The notes under the pieces are model-generated. The model made no database searches. It was not told the DNA's origin and saw only the letters and a program-made list of their open reading frames with translations. From contig JAZDPX010000006.1 in NCBI GenBank assembly GCA_043797125.1, positions 70,921 to 134,920 of the forward strand: a stretch of DNA of 64,000 nt, given 5' to 3'. Numbering within the stretch: position 1 is the first letter of the stretch; each line of letters begins with the position of its first letter. The position numbers and the translations under genes were made by a program. This DNA comes from Candidatus Omnitrophota bacterium. GTDB taxonomy: Bacteria; Omnitrophota; Gorgyraeia; JABMRG01; JAFGKX01. Positions 47,059 to 56,860 of this stretch are shown here, piece after piece.

Positions 47059-47865
47059 TTAATCCACCTTAGCCCGATAAACGCAATCTATCCTTTGCCC
47101 GAGAAACTGTTGCGCCAATTTTTTAAAATTATGCGGTTGGTCAGTCAAATAGAACCTTACCCTGCCTTTTCTTTTCGCATTAGCGCAGATAGCCTTTTGC
47201 TGCATTAATCTTTTGCAATTCAGGGCAACTTCTCTCGCTGAATCGACCAGGTTTATTCCCGGGCCCATTGCCCTTGCTATAGATGTCTTCAATAAGGGAT
47301 AGTGCGTGCATCCTAATATTAACGTGTCTATCTTCTGTTTTTTTAAGGGCTTGAGATACCTTTGAATCACTTCAAACGTCACTTTATCATTAAGCCAGCC
47401 CTCTTCTGCTAATGGCACAAATAGGGGACAGCTTTTTGTAAAGACCTTTATTGACGGGTTTTGCCTTTTTATTTTATCCTGATAGGCGTTACTTTCTATT
47501 GTGGCGTTGGTGCCTATTACACCGATACGAGAGTTTTTGGTTATCTCCAATGCCTTTTTAACTCCCGGCTCTATCACTCCTATTATCGGAATCTGAAAAT
47601 ATCTTTTAAGCTGTGGCAAGGCCAGGCTTGAAGATGTATTGCACGCGATAACTATGAGCTTGACCTTGAACTTGAATAAATAAAGCGCGTTCTGGACGGA
47701 AAATTTTATTATAGTGTCTTTAGATTTATTTCCGTACGGGACGCGGGCAGTGTCTCCGAGATAGATAATATCCTCGTTGGGCAGGAATTTAATCAACTGT
47801 CTTACAGAAGTAAGCCCGCCTGCGCCTGAATCAAATACGCCTATAGGCCTGTTAACATAACTCAT
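47059..47865 (-). CDS. murI: Glutamate racemase
   Basis: IGVFDSGAGGLTS ... CTHYP are the two-Cys racemase motifs. Confidence 0.9.
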   Translation of the reverse strand: MSYVNRPIGVFDSGAGGLTSVRQLIKFLPNEDIIYLGDTARVPYGNKSKDTIIKFSVQNALYLFKFKVKLIVIACNTSSSLALPQLKRYFQIPIIGVIEPGVKKALEITKNSRIGVIGTNATIESNAYQDKIKRQNPSIKVFTKSCPLFVPLAEEGWLNDKVTFEVIQRYLKPLKKQKIDTLILGCTHYPLLKTSIARAMGPGINLVDSAREVALNCKRLMQQKAICANAKRKGRVRFYLTDQPHNFKKLAQQFLGQRIDCVYRAKVD

Positions 47866-49037
47866 TTGGTGAAACCTTCTGTCCGCTCATATTTGTCTTT
47901 ATATAAAAGAATTCCATCCGCTATGGACCTTGCCAGCTTTTCCTGGTAAACAGGGTCTTTCAGCTTCATTGCCTCTTCCTGGTTTGAAAGGAAACCTATT
48001 TCAACAAGAACATCCGGCATCTGGGCGCCTTTCAGTACATAAAATTTGGCAGGCTTGGCGCCCCTGTTTTTGGCGTCCAGGTCTTCGGAGACTCCCTTGG
48101 ATATGCACTCAGCTAATTCTACGGACTCTGCCCTGTTTTCCGTGCAAAGCATATCCCATAATGTGGCTGCAAGAGCTGATTTTGGCCCATGGATCCCAAA
48201 AGACGAGGTTTCATATTCCAATGCCGCGTTTTCCGCATCCGCTGTCTTTCTTGCAAAATCATCGACAGCGTCGGATAAATAAAATACCTCTATGCCGCTT
48301 GCGTATTTTGCCCTGCAGGCATTTGCGTGTATGCTTACAAAAAAATCCGCTTCTATCCTGTTTGCTATTTTGGGCCTTTCGCCAAGCGTTATAAACCTGT
48401 CTCTGTCTCTTGTTAGAATCACTTCAATGCCGTAATCCTGCAGATACTGTTTTGTCTTTTTTGCGACGCTTAAAACAATATCCTTTTCTCTTATCTTTTT
48501 CGCAGACATTGCCCCCGGGTCTTTGCCGCCGTGGCCGGGATCAAGCACTATTCTGCGTATGGCGTATTTGCCTTGCGCCGGGGCATACTTTATCCTCTTA
48601 GCTGTAGCTGCAAAGGGCGCGAATAGTTTTTTTAATTCAGAAGCCGCAAACGCGGCAGGGATCATGACCTCGCCCGATTGCATCCGTATTGCTTCGGGCA
48701 TTTTTACCACGCTTCCGTCTACAAGGGCAGTATCGGAGCCTACGCAAAATACTACCTCCTTGCCTTGCCTGCTTATTGAAAGCGAGCGCGTAACAGGGTC
48801 CCACGCGGACTGCGCGTTGTAGCTTTTGGCTATTGCGCCGAAGGGAATATATTGTGCGCCTTCTATCTCAAGAGACGGTATCTCTATTAACGCGACATCC
48901 GAGACACCCACGCCTTTTTTCGGAACGTCCGCGCATCCGGATACTAATATAAATAAGAATACTATAGGTATAAGTTTTTTCATAATATTTAGTATTAAAA
49001 CACCACTACTTATACCAAACTTTTCCTGAAAAAGCAA
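47862..49037 (-). CDS. N-acetylmuramoyl-L-alanine amidase (Amidase_3) with an N-terminal signal/AMIN-like domain
   Basis: ...IVLDPGHGGKDPGA... together with a Zn-binding His/Glu pattern of the AmiC/CwlD type. Confidence 0.8.
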   Translation of the reverse strand: MLFQEKFGISSGVLILNIMKKLIPIVFLFILVSGCADVPKKGVGVSDVALIEIPSLEIEGAQYIPFGAIAKSYNAQSAWDPVTRSLSISRQGKEVVFCVGSDTALVDGSVVKMPEAIRMQSGEVMIPAAFAASELKKLFAPFAATAKRIKYAPAQGKYAIRRIVLDPGHGGKDPGAMSAKKIREKDIVLSVAKKTKQYLQDYGIEVILTRDRDRFITLGERPKIANRIEADFFVSIHANACRAKYASGIEVFYLSDAVDDFARKTADAENAALEYETSSFGIHGPKSALAATLWDMLCTENRAESVELAECISKGVSEDLDAKNRGAKPAKFYVLKGAQMPDVLVEIGFLSNQEEAMKLKDPVYQEKLARSIADGILLYKDKYERTEGFTK

Positions 49038-49081
49038 CTGGAAAAAATAGGGCGGGACAGGAACAGAAATTTTAAATGACT

Positions 49082-49531
49082 TTATATGTTTTTACAGTAT
49101 TTGGAAAATTCTTTCTCGAGCTTACCTTTAACATAAACTACGAAAGACCTGGTTTCTTTAAGCAGCTCATTGAATTCTGCTTCACTGACAACATCTGTGT
49201 GGTCATAAAACGCATTGCCTCTTTTTTGTCTTGCGTCATCGAATAACATAATTATGCCTTTTATATAAGAATCTTCCATATTCCTCAATGCTTCCCATGT
49301 CATGTAATGATAGCTCTCTCTCGGGGCTTTATATCCCCGGCAAGCCAAAAGGCATTCTGCGGCAGCTAATGCGGCCTGATATGTTGAAATAAATCTTAAA
49401 TCCAAGGAAATGTTTGTCTGCGCCGCGTCTTTTAAGCATCTTTTTATCACATCAAAACGATCCCCTACTTCTTCCGGGTTTGTTTTATGTTTTTTTAGTT
49501 TTCCGAACCTGTATAAATCCTCTAAACTCAT
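49082..49531 (-). CDS. HEPN domain protein, partner of the MNT
   Basis: 149 aa, alpha-helical, with a candidate Rx6H motif (RGNAFYDH). It overlaps the 3' end of the MNT gene by 47 bp. Confidence 0.5.
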   Translation of the reverse strand: MSLEDLYRFGKLKKHKTNPEEVGDRFDVIKRCLKDAAQTNISLDLRFISTYQAALAAAECLLACRGYKAPRESYHYMTWEALRNMEDSYIKGIIMLFDDARQKRGNAFYDHTDVVSEAEFNELLKETRSFVVYVKGKLEKEFSKYCKNI

Positions 49532-50099
49532 CCTCGGTTCCTTTCAGAAATATTTTAGGCTCTTTTATTATGCTGCTTATAAAATGATTTTTGTCCTTCA
49601 GTTTTTTTAAAAATTCGCCTTCGGTATAAATAATGCTGTTTATTTCTCTGCCTACTGCGGATTGGTAGTTATACAAATCGGATTTTATATCTTTTAAACC
49701 TGCTTCCGCTATTATCACAATATCTATATCGCTTAAGCCTCTCTCCTGGCCTTTCGCAAACGATCCATATATAAAAGCAAATTGAATCTGCTTGTGTTTG
49801 GCCGCAATGCTTCTGAGCGCGCCTTCTATGCTGACAGTTTTTCTTATCACGCCCTTAATCTCCATATATAGCGGATAATCCAAGTTTAGTTTATAAAGCT
49901 TTATCCTCCCAAGCATTCTATGCGTAAATAGGCCTCCGGATTCAAGGGCCGCCATTTCCCTTCTAATGTTGCCTACCGAATAACCCGACAGCTTTTCAAT
50001 CTGCCTTAGATAATACTCTTTCTCGGGATCGTTAAAAAACAACTCCAGCATGGCGACTCTTGTTTTAGACTTGGTAATGTGGAATATCTCTTTTCCCAT
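49485..50099 (-). CDS. wHTH plus minimal nucleotidyltransferase (MNT)
   Basis: An N-terminal winged-helix is followed by ...FAFIYGSFAKGQERGLSDIDIVII, which is a GSx(n)...DxD Pol-beta NTase motif. A perfect palindrome GACTACAATTGTAGTC lies 14 bp upstream of the start. Confidence 0.65.
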   Translation of the reverse strand: MGKEIFHITKSKTRVAMLELFFNDPEKEYYLRQIEKLSGYSVGNIRREMAALESGGLFTHRMLGRIKLYKLNLDYPLYMEIKGVIRKTVSIEGALRSIAAKHKQIQFAFIYGSFAKGQERGLSDIDIVIIAEAGLKDIKSDLYNYQSAVGREINSIIYTEGEFLKKLKDKNHFISSIIKEPKIFLKGTEDEFRGFIQVRKTKKT

Positions 50100-50128
50100 T
50101 GTAGTCCTTTTTGACTACAATTGTAGTC
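50100..50128. promoter_or_regulatory. Perfect 16-bp palindrome GACTACAATTGTAGTC, plus an extra half-site TGTAGTCC abutting the MNT start codon
   Basis: 50113-50128 is a perfect dyad. The core TACAA/TTGTA is the same as at 35214-35250. Confidence 0.55.
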
Positions 50129-50194
50129 TATTATGAATACAACGTCAAGAAGATTTTTTTAGAAAAATGGGCAGGTGTTTGGGAAATTTGGGAC

Positions 50195-50232
50195 AACAAC
50201 GATTCGGTAAACGGTACCGGTTTTACGCTGCC
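50195..50232. repeat. Family J shared 3' element (…CGATTCGGTAAACGGTACCGGTTTTACGC[T/C]GCC) at the end of the 998-aa gene
   Basis: The 30-bp core is identical to 53421-53450. It contains the CGGTACCG palindrome and supplies the …AA* stop. Confidence 0.7.
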
Positions 50233-53219
50233 TGCGCTATTACATTTTCATTACGGCTGTTTTTGTTGAGCTTCTCCGTCTGGTTATAATATATAAGCGG
50301 ATCCTTAAGATATTTCGTATAATATTCCGGGCCAAACTTTACAGGTTCTGCCGGTTCTAAAATATCATTAATAAGCTGCTCTATAAATTGCGGATTGGGA
50401 ATCTTGTCGCCGTTTGCGGCAATAAATTTTATAATTTTTCCCATTTCACTATTTATAATGCTTCCGTGTTTTTTCATTACAAAATGCACAACCATATGAT
50501 AGTACCAATCAGCGTACATGTAGCGGATGGGCAAATAAACCGTAAACCATATATAATGAATGAGCGCGCAATACCTCGGGTATTTTCTAAGTTCAGCCGG
50601 TGCGGGAAATTTTTTCACTTCGTCAAGATTATCCCATTGCAGCTTTTTTAGGGCTTCGAGCTCAGGGACATCGAGGCTGCCGAACATTTCTTTATATTTT
50701 TCTGGTTCATATTTTTTTACATCCGATATCATATATAAAAGCTCATCTATATTCATGTCGGCAAAGTAATCAGCCTTACTTCTGTATCCGACAAGGTCCT
50801 CCAAACGGTGGGCGATTAAAAACTTTTTTATTAACTCGAGCGGCATTTGTTCGCCTTTGGAATTCCGGGGATATTTTGCCAGCCATTCTGGGGTATAAAG
50901 CATATTTTCAATAAATCTTGCCATACCCTCCTTCATTCTTGTGTCGCACGAAGCAAACGTCGGCCCCTCTCTGTAATCAGAATAGAGATGGTCAATCGCG
51001 TGTCCCGACTCATGAAACATCACCCATGCGGTTAACCGACCACCTGAGGCAAGCGTAATTATAATTCGCGTATCTTTCTCGCCAAGCGCGCAGCATACTC
51101 CGGGATGTTTAAACCTCCCTGTCTCCGTTTTTCTTGAGTCTGAGGGGTTTGTATCAAAGTATATCATTTCCGCGTCTAAACCGAGGTCTTTTAAAGTTTC
51201 CAGAAACATACCCATAAGTTTGTTCGCGGGAAGATATTCATCCACCTCTTTATAAACATCTCGCAGGGCCCAACTTGTGTTCCAGGGCGCCGGTTCAAGC
51301 TCAGCACTTTCTTTTTTAAGAAGATCGGCAATCTCTTGGTCAGCTCGCTTTATGTCATCTTTCAAATCAACTTTCATCTGCTTCATAAAACGCTTATACT
51401 CATCGAAATCAGCTCTTTGAACTCGAGCTTGTAATTGATGATAATTGGTAAGAGACGGGATATTGTACTTTTCAGCCACCAACTTGGTTGCCTCATTTTG
51501 CAAATCTTTCACTTGTTCTTTTCGCGGTTCAAATGCCTCTGCGCGCCACATCCAAAGCATATATGCCCATTCTCTCAACTCTTCTTTAGGTTCAGTTTCG
51601 AATATCTCAAGTATGTTATTATCGCCTACCGGCCTTGCTTTAAATGCCGTGGATATCACATTATATATCGCGTCTTTCTTTTTCCAATCTTTTTCCTCAT
51701 TTAATATACTAAGAACTTTTTTATCATCCGCGATTTCCTTTTTCCCCTTGTAGATATTCGATATTGATGTATACAATTTTTGCTTTTTTTTTGCATCGTT
51801 ATTGCTTGCAAGCGTCTCGCTGGCCTCATCATTATCCACGACTGTCCCGCTAGCCCGGGATAAGAGCAGATATGCTTCTCTTTTTTTGATTTTGTCTTTT
51901 GCCTTATCCAATACATTGAATGCCATAGAATTGTTTTTAATATATTTGCCTCTGAAAAATGTCGATATATACATATATGCTTTGCACTTTTTCACTTTAT
52001 CAGGGTCATCTGATAACAAAGAAAGCGTGTCTTTCTTATATATGGCCTTCCCATAGAGCTTGTATAAAAAATCATATATCTTTCCTAGTTCTTTCCTCCT
52101 GCCCTCTTTTTGCAACTCCTCCATCGCCTGGTTTGCCGCGACAGGACTATTAATTCTTTTAGTGCCCGTAAGCCAGGATATAATTTTATACATTTCCCAT
52201 TTTTTTATCTCGCTGGTTTCGGCTGTTAACAGCTTTTTAACATCGTTGTCGTCATAAATAAGCGGGCCGCCATAAATCATAGGGAAACTCATATAATCTG
52301 CATCCATTGTGTTTTTAAACGTCGATACTGGAGGGCTTTCCTCAACCTGGCTTAGCAAAAGCGAGTCGAAAAGATCCTCATACTTTCTTTTAAGATAATA
52401 TTCGCTAACCAGCTTTGAATACGCTAAGACCTTTTTAGATAAGGTTTCGTCTGTAACTATTTTTAATATTTCCTTTCCGATTTCAGCGTATTTCTTAGCG
52501 GTAGCCTGCGCCAACTCTTTATCACAAGTAAACATGGGCTGTTCTTCGTATAACCTGCTTTCACGCCAGGTTTCACCCCAGTTGGCACCGAAACGCTTTC
52601 TTTGAAGGAGCATCTCCTTTTCTTCCTCGCTCAATGTGGCTAAATATTTTTCATACTCCTGTTTACTTCCTTCAAATTCCCCGATAGCGCTCATTAACCG
52701 AAACTGAACAATACCATGCTCTATACCTTTATTGTATAATGGCAGGTAAGCCTCATCAAAAAATTTGCGCGCGGATTTTTCCAAATCTCTTTTCTTGAGT
52801 ATGCCGTTTGGAAATATATCTTTAATGCACTGGGCATATTGCAGGATATCTTGCTGTTTTTCTTTTTCCTTTATTGCTCTGCTCTTAAAAAACTTCGACA
52901 CATTGCTGTTTTTTAGTGATATTTCTTGCTTTAATGGCTCGCCCTTTTTTCTCGGCAGTTTCGACAGCGCGACAATCAACTCCTGCGCCAAGGCAATATT
53001 CTCCGCTTTTTGCTGGTCGGGCGCCTCTTGGCGCATATCATCATATTTCTTTTTCAGCATATCATATGTTATAGAATCTTTGATAAACGATATGGGCCGC
53101 AAAGCGGAAGAATCGCTGTTTGTTCTGGTGCATATTTGCGACTTTTGGAAAGCTAGCTGGTTGGATAAAAAGACAGTTGCTAATAATAATGATGATATTC
53201 TCTTTATAAGTATTTTCAT
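50223..53219 (-). CDS. Large exported HExxH protein (putative gluzincin-type metallopeptidase); LRP motif family
   Basis: 998 aa with a signal peptide followed by ...SDSSALRPISF. The HExxH site is MFHESGHAIDHLY with a downstream Glu (MKEGMARF). The C-terminal ...QAA* and the stop are contributed by the family-J repeat. Confidence 0.55.
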   Translation of the reverse strand: MKILIKRISSLLLATVFLSNQLAFQKSQICTRTNSDSSALRPISFIKDSITYDMLKKKYDDMRQEAPDQQKAENIALAQELIVALSKLPRKKGEPLKQEISLKNSNVSKFFKSRAIKEKEKQQDILQYAQCIKDIFPNGILKKRDLEKSARKFFDEAYLPLYNKGIEHGIVQFRLMSAIGEFEGSKQEYEKYLATLSEEEKEMLLQRKRFGANWGETWRESRLYEEQPMFTCDKELAQATAKKYAEIGKEILKIVTDETLSKKVLAYSKLVSEYYLKRKYEDLFDSLLLSQVEESPPVSTFKNTMDADYMSFPMIYGGPLIYDDNDVKKLLTAETSEIKKWEMYKIISWLTGTKRINSPVAANQAMEELQKEGRRKELGKIYDFLYKLYGKAIYKKDTLSLLSDDPDKVKKCKAYMYISTFFRGKYIKNNSMAFNVLDKAKDKIKKREAYLLLSRASGTVVDNDEASETLASNNDAKKKQKLYTSISNIYKGKKEIADDKKVLSILNEEKDWKKKDAIYNVISTAFKARPVGDNNILEIFETEPKEELREWAYMLWMWRAEAFEPRKEQVKDLQNEATKLVAEKYNIPSLTNYHQLQARVQRADFDEYKRFMKQMKVDLKDDIKRADQEIADLLKKESAELEPAPWNTSWALRDVYKEVDEYLPANKLMGMFLETLKDLGLDAEMIYFDTNPSDSRKTETGRFKHPGVCCALGEKDTRIIITLASGGRLTAWVMFHESGHAIDHLYSDYREGPTFASCDTRMKEGMARFIENMLYTPEWLAKYPRNSKGEQMPLELIKKFLIAHRLEDLVGYRSKADYFADMNIDELLYMISDVKKYEPEKYKEMFGSLDVPELEALKKLQWDNLDEVKKFPAPAELRKYPRYCALIHYIWFTVYLPIRYMYADWYYHMVVHFVMKKHGSIINSEMGKIIKFIAANGDKIPNPQFIEQLINDILEPAEPVKFGPEYYTKYLKDPLIYYNQTEKLNKNSRNENVIAQAA

Positions 53220-53344
53220 AACAACTCCAAATCTATATTGCTTAATCCTTTATCAGTATCTTATAAAAGGTATAATTATTTTAACATAAAAAAAGCCGAA
53301 GTCAAATAAAATTTCCAGGAACGGCCTTAGGCCTTAGAGACGTT

Positions 53345-53452
53345 TTCGAAGTTATTCGGGACAGTGTCCTGTTTCTGTTCGGGTAGCTGTTTCCCGAACA
53401 GCTTTGGGACAGCTTCCCGAACGATTCGGTAAACGGTACCGGTTTTACGCCG
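53345..53452. repeat. Family J element, copy 2, at the end of the MFS gene, with adjacent GTTCGGGAAACAGC / GCTGTTTCCCGAAC-type inverted repeats
   Basis: AACGATTCGGTAAACGGTACCGGTTTTACGCCGCCCGC. Upstream of it is TTCGGGTAGCTGTTTCCCGAACAGCTTTGGGACAGCTTCCCGAAC. Confidence 0.65.
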
Positions 53453-54644
53453 CCCGCATTTTCCTGGAGTATATAAGCGTCGCTATTATGCAGCATACGC
53501 CGCCGAAAAACAGGGTACTGGGCGCGCCGATTTTGCCTGCTAAAAATCCCGCTAACAAGCTGCCGAACGGCGCCATGCCTATAAACGCCATGGTAAAAAG
53601 GCTCATGATCCTGCCGCGCTTATCTTCCTCCACGACAGTCTGTAAAACCGTATTGCTCGCCGCCATCTGAACCATTAACGCGAAGCCTGCGGCGAATATA
53701 ACCGCCATTGAAAACCACAAAACTTTTGATAAGGCAAACACAATAATCCCCAATCCGAAAATTCCCGAGGCTATCGCTATTATTTTATGTAAACCTGCAA
53801 CGCCTTTTCTGCGGGCAAGGTAAATGGCGCCCGTCAAAGCGCCTGCGCCGGCTGCTGCCATAAGAAAGCCGAGTGTTTCAGGCCCTTTGTGAAAAATATC
53901 CTTCACAAAGACAGGCATTAATAACTGGTAAGGCGCGCCTAATAAACTCGCCGCGCCAAGCAGAATAAGAACTGCCCTTATAGGGACGAAGTTAAAGGCG
54001 TAAACAAAGCCTTCTTTCAAATCCTGCAGTATATGCTTATCAGATGGTATTATTGCCCTGGGGGTAACATTCATCGCCAATAAAGCTATAATAGCGGCTA
54101 TATAGCTTGCTGCATTTAACAAAAAACATGGGCCCTCGCCAAATGCCGCGATTATTATGCCCGCGATTGAAGGGCCTAGAAGCCGAGCGACATTGACCAT
54201 CGAAGAATTTAACGCTATGGCATTGCCCAGGTCTTCCTTTTTCCCTATCATCTCAACGGTAAAAGCCTGCCTTATAGGCATGTCAAAGGAATTCACCACG
54301 CCAAGAATTACGCTTAGCGCTATAATATGCCATATCGCCACGATATCCGCCAGCACAAGCACTGCCAATACCAGCGCCTGGATCATCGCAAGTATCTGCG
54401 TAACTACCAGAATACGGTGCCGGTTGTATCTGTCGGCTATAACTCCCGCCAAAGGCATCAATAAAAAAGCAGGCAGCTGGCCCATAAACCCAACGATACC
54501 CAGCAGCAATGCGGAGTTCGTAAGCCTGTAAACCAGCCAGCTCATGGCAATCTGCTGCATCCATGTGCCGATTAAGGATATACCCTGGCCTATAAAAAAT
54601 AAGCGGTAGTTTCTATATCGCAATGCCCTAAATAAAAATTTCAT
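53445..54644 (-). CDS. MFS transporter (EntS/YbdA-like efflux family)
   Basis: 12-TM pattern with ...LFFIGQGISLIGTWMQ... Confidence 0.7.
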   Translation of the reverse strand: MKFLFRALRYRNYRLFFIGQGISLIGTWMQQIAMSWLVYRLTNSALLLGIVGFMGQLPAFLLMPLAGVIADRYNRHRILVVTQILAMIQALVLAVLVLADIVAIWHIIALSVILGVVNSFDMPIRQAFTVEMIGKKEDLGNAIALNSSMVNVARLLGPSIAGIIIAAFGEGPCFLLNAASYIAAIIALLAMNVTPRAIIPSDKHILQDLKEGFVYAFNFVPIRAVLILLGAASLLGAPYQLLMPVFVKDIFHKGPETLGFLMAAAGAGALTGAIYLARRKGVAGLHKIIAIASGIFGLGIIVFALSKVLWFSMAVIFAAGFALMVQMAASNTVLQTVVEEDKRGRIMSLFTMAFIGMAPFGSLLAGFLAGKIGAPSTLFFGGVCCIIATLIYSRKMRAA

Positions 54645-54720
54645 TTTTTTCCGTGAAGCTCTAAACTACTCACTTGCCCCAAACCACTCGCTGCTTCGCA
54701 GCTCGGGTTCAGGGCACTTA

Positions 54721-54791
54721 CCACTCACAAAAATTTGGAATGGCCTGCCACGAACCCGAACAAAAATTTAAAAAAGAAATTTTTGTGAGTG
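54721..54791. terminator. Long hairpin immediately 3' of the tmRNA (CCACTCACAAAAATTT … AAATTTTTGTGAGTGG)
   Basis: Perfect 16-bp inverted repeat, 40 bp apart, directly downstream of the tmRNA CCA end on the transcribed strand. Confidence 0.45.
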
Positions 54792-54796
54792 GTTCG

Positions 54797-55233
54797 TGGT
54801 GGAGGCGAGGGGAATTGAACCCCTGTCCTTGAGCGTTCAGCAATAGGCGCTACATGCTTGTCCTGTGCTTTGAATTCGCCCCGATAATCTTGCATAGGCA
54901 CAATCTCATCGGGACTAGCTTTTAAAAATCTCATCCTGCTCTCTAAAAGCTAAAAAAGCGGGACCAGCCTATTAATGACGCCAGACCCGGGCTAAATAGG
55001 CAAACCCGGCTGACGGTAGCCGCGTATTAGGCGGCTAGCGGCATCATGGAAACCATTCCTGTGTTAACAGGAACAACTTCCATGACTTTAGCGCGAATTG
55101 TATCCGCACTTATCATGTAGTCGGCTTTTGCTCCTCGCTTTCGCTCGGAGTCCCTTACGGGACAAGGCCAACCGACCAACCTTGGCATGCTCCTAGTTGC
55201 CCAATCGCATCAAGTCGAACCCTGTTCGCCCCC
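54797..55233 (-). ncRNA. ssrA: tmRNA (SsrA)
   Basis: The minus-strand 5' end GGGGGCGAACAGGGTTCGACTTGATGCG pairs with the 3' end ...GGACAGGGGTTCAATTCCCCTCGCCTCCACCA to give a tRNA-like acceptor/T-arm with CCA. It lies immediately downstream of smpB. A candidate tag ORF ends ...MMPLAA-UAA at about 55026. Confidence 0.8.
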
Positions 55234-55239
55234 ATTTGT

Positions 55240-55305
55240 GTATTGAGTATTGAGTCGTGAGTATTGAGCACTCAATACTCAATACACACGACTCACGACT
55301 AAACA
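55240..55305. promoter_or_regulatory. Imperfect palindrome of GTATTGAG / CTCAATAC units between smpB and ssrA
   Basis: GTATTGAGTATTGAGTCGTGAGTATTGAGCACTCAATACTCAATACACACGACTCACGAC. It could be the smpB terminator and/or ssrA promoter region. Confidence 0.4.
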
Positions 55306-55311
55306 CCTAAT

Positions 55312-55767
55312 CTATTTGCTTCCGCGAGACTTAAACGAGCGTTGTATCTCGCGTTCAACTTGCTTCTCGCGCAACTTTTCTCTCTTATCAAAGAACCTTT
55401 TGCCCTTTGCAACCGCAATCTCTAATTTTACTTTTCCTTTTTTAAAATAGGCCTTTATCGGAATTACCGTATAGCCTTTTTGCGATGTTAAACTTGCAAG
55501 TTTTTGTATCTGCGCTTTATGAAGCAGAAGTTTTCTTGTTCTTGTTGGATCAGGCGCAAACTGGCCGCTTTGCTTATAAGGGCTTATATGCATACCATAC
55601 ACGTAAGCCTGATTATCTGTTATCCTGACGAAACTATCTTTCAGGTTGGCTTCTGCCTGCCTTATGGATTTTACTTCAGCGCCCTTTAGTTCTATGCCTG
55701 CTTCAATGCTGTCAAAAAGAACATAATCAAACGCGGCTTTTCTGTTTGTGATAACTGGGTTTTTCAT
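55312..55767 (-). CDS. smpB: SsrA-binding protein SmpB
   Basis: ...NRKAAFDYVLFDSIEAGIELKGAEVKSIR... Confidence 0.9.
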   Translation of the reverse strand: MKNPVITNRKAAFDYVLFDSIEAGIELKGAEVKSIRQAEANLKDSFVRITDNQAYVYGMHISPYKQSGQFAPDPTRTRKLLLHKAQIQKLASLTSQKGYTVIPIKAYFKKGKVKLEIAVAKGKRFFDKREKLREKQVEREIQRSFKSRGSK

Positions 55768-55777
55768 AGAAGCAGGC

Positions 55778-56263
55778 TTACTTTTTCCTTTTTACCGCGG
55801 CCTTCCTTATAACTCTGAATTTGTTTAAGTCTTGAGCTATTGCTTCATTCAGCGCAACATAATAAGTCGATAACACCTCAATATAAATCTCCGAGGTTGA
55901 CTCTATAGCCTGCTTCGAAAATTTTTTCAGGCTCTCGATATTCAACTCGTTATTAGTCTTTATCTTGTTAAGCCATTTTTCAGGATAATCAATAGCGGCT
56001 TCATTTAAATCCTGCTCCTTTATCATGTTAAAAACCCCTAAAATCGAAGAATACGCCTCAAGCTGCGTCATGGTTATAATACAGGAATCCCACAGGCTGC
56101 TCAATAAAAGTATGTCTTTTGATACTTTCATCAGCGGCTTTATCTCTTTTGCCGTCTCGTACACCTTTGTGTACATCTTAGCCAAGTCGCTATCTACGGC
56201 ATAGATATTAGAGCTGGCAAATATGGCCGAAATAATAATTACAGCTGCCAACATTTTCTTCAT
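55778..56263 (-). CDS. Exported hypothetical protein, the last gene of the T2SS-like cluster
   Basis: 161 aa with a signal peptide (MKKMLAAVIIISAIFASSNIYA). A conserved hairpin-plus-RBS element lies upstream. Confidence 0.4.
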   Translation of the reverse strand: MKKMLAAVIIISAIFASSNIYAVDSDLAKMYTKVYETAKEIKPLMKVSKDILLLSSLWDSCIITMTQLEAYSSILGVFNMIKEQDLNEAAIDYPEKWLNKIKTNNELNIESLKKFSKQAIESTSEIYIEVLSTYYVALNEAIAQDLNKFRVIRKAAVKRKK

Positions 56264-56299
56264 CTTACCCTCCCTGTCTCGCCCGCAGGCGGGCTTTTG

Positions 56300-56860
56300 T
56301 TATTTCGGTATAACGGTTTTTGACACGGTCATGGAGCAAACAGCAAGGCTTGAATCTTTAGATTTCGGGGTTATCCGGTATTTTTCAACCGTAAGCAAGC
56401 TGTCCGAGCTCTCTATATTATACATAAAATCTACCATCTGCTCCATCTGCGCTTCGCAGTTTAAATTTAACACGTACCTCATAGCTCCTTCCTGAAGCTC
56501 CAGTTTGCCCGGCTTCATATCAACAAGATAAACGGAAGATTTATTCGCTATCTTCTCTACCTCTTTTAAGAAAGACGCTATTGCCTCTTCCTCTGACTCT
56601 GCCTTGCTGAAAAAAGTGGAATACTTTTGCATCTTTGTCCCTATTTTGTCCTTTTGCGATAATATATGCAAATTCCTTTTGATGCCTGACTGCCTGTCTT
56701 GAATCTGTTCGTTAAGCGATTTTATTTTTGATAAAATCGGATTTATTATAAGCCTGTCTAAAAGCGCTAATGAAATAATAATGGCTGCCCCGTAAAAAAT
56801 AATCTTTTCTCTTTTTGATAAACGCGACAGATAGTTATAAATATTCTGCACTTTAAACAT
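56300..56860 (-). CDS. gspM: GspM/PilO-like assembly-platform protein
   Basis: 186 aa with a single N-terminal TM helix and a periplasmic alpha/beta domain; it follows the gspL-like gene. Confidence 0.5.
   Translation of the reverse strand: MFKVQNIYNYLSRLSKREKIIFYGAAIIISLALLDRLIINPILSKIKSLNEQIQDRQSGIKRNLHILSQKDKIGTKMQKYSTFFSKAESEEEAIASFLKEVEKIANKSSVYLVDMKPGKLELQEGAMRYVLNLNCEAQMEQMVDFMYNIESSDSLLTVEKYRITPKSKDSSLAVCSMTVSKTVIPK

Noticed and set aside
54725-54934. 69-aa ORF on the minus strand
   Set aside because: It lies entirely within the tmRNA gene and is an artefact of the open frame through the tmRNA body.
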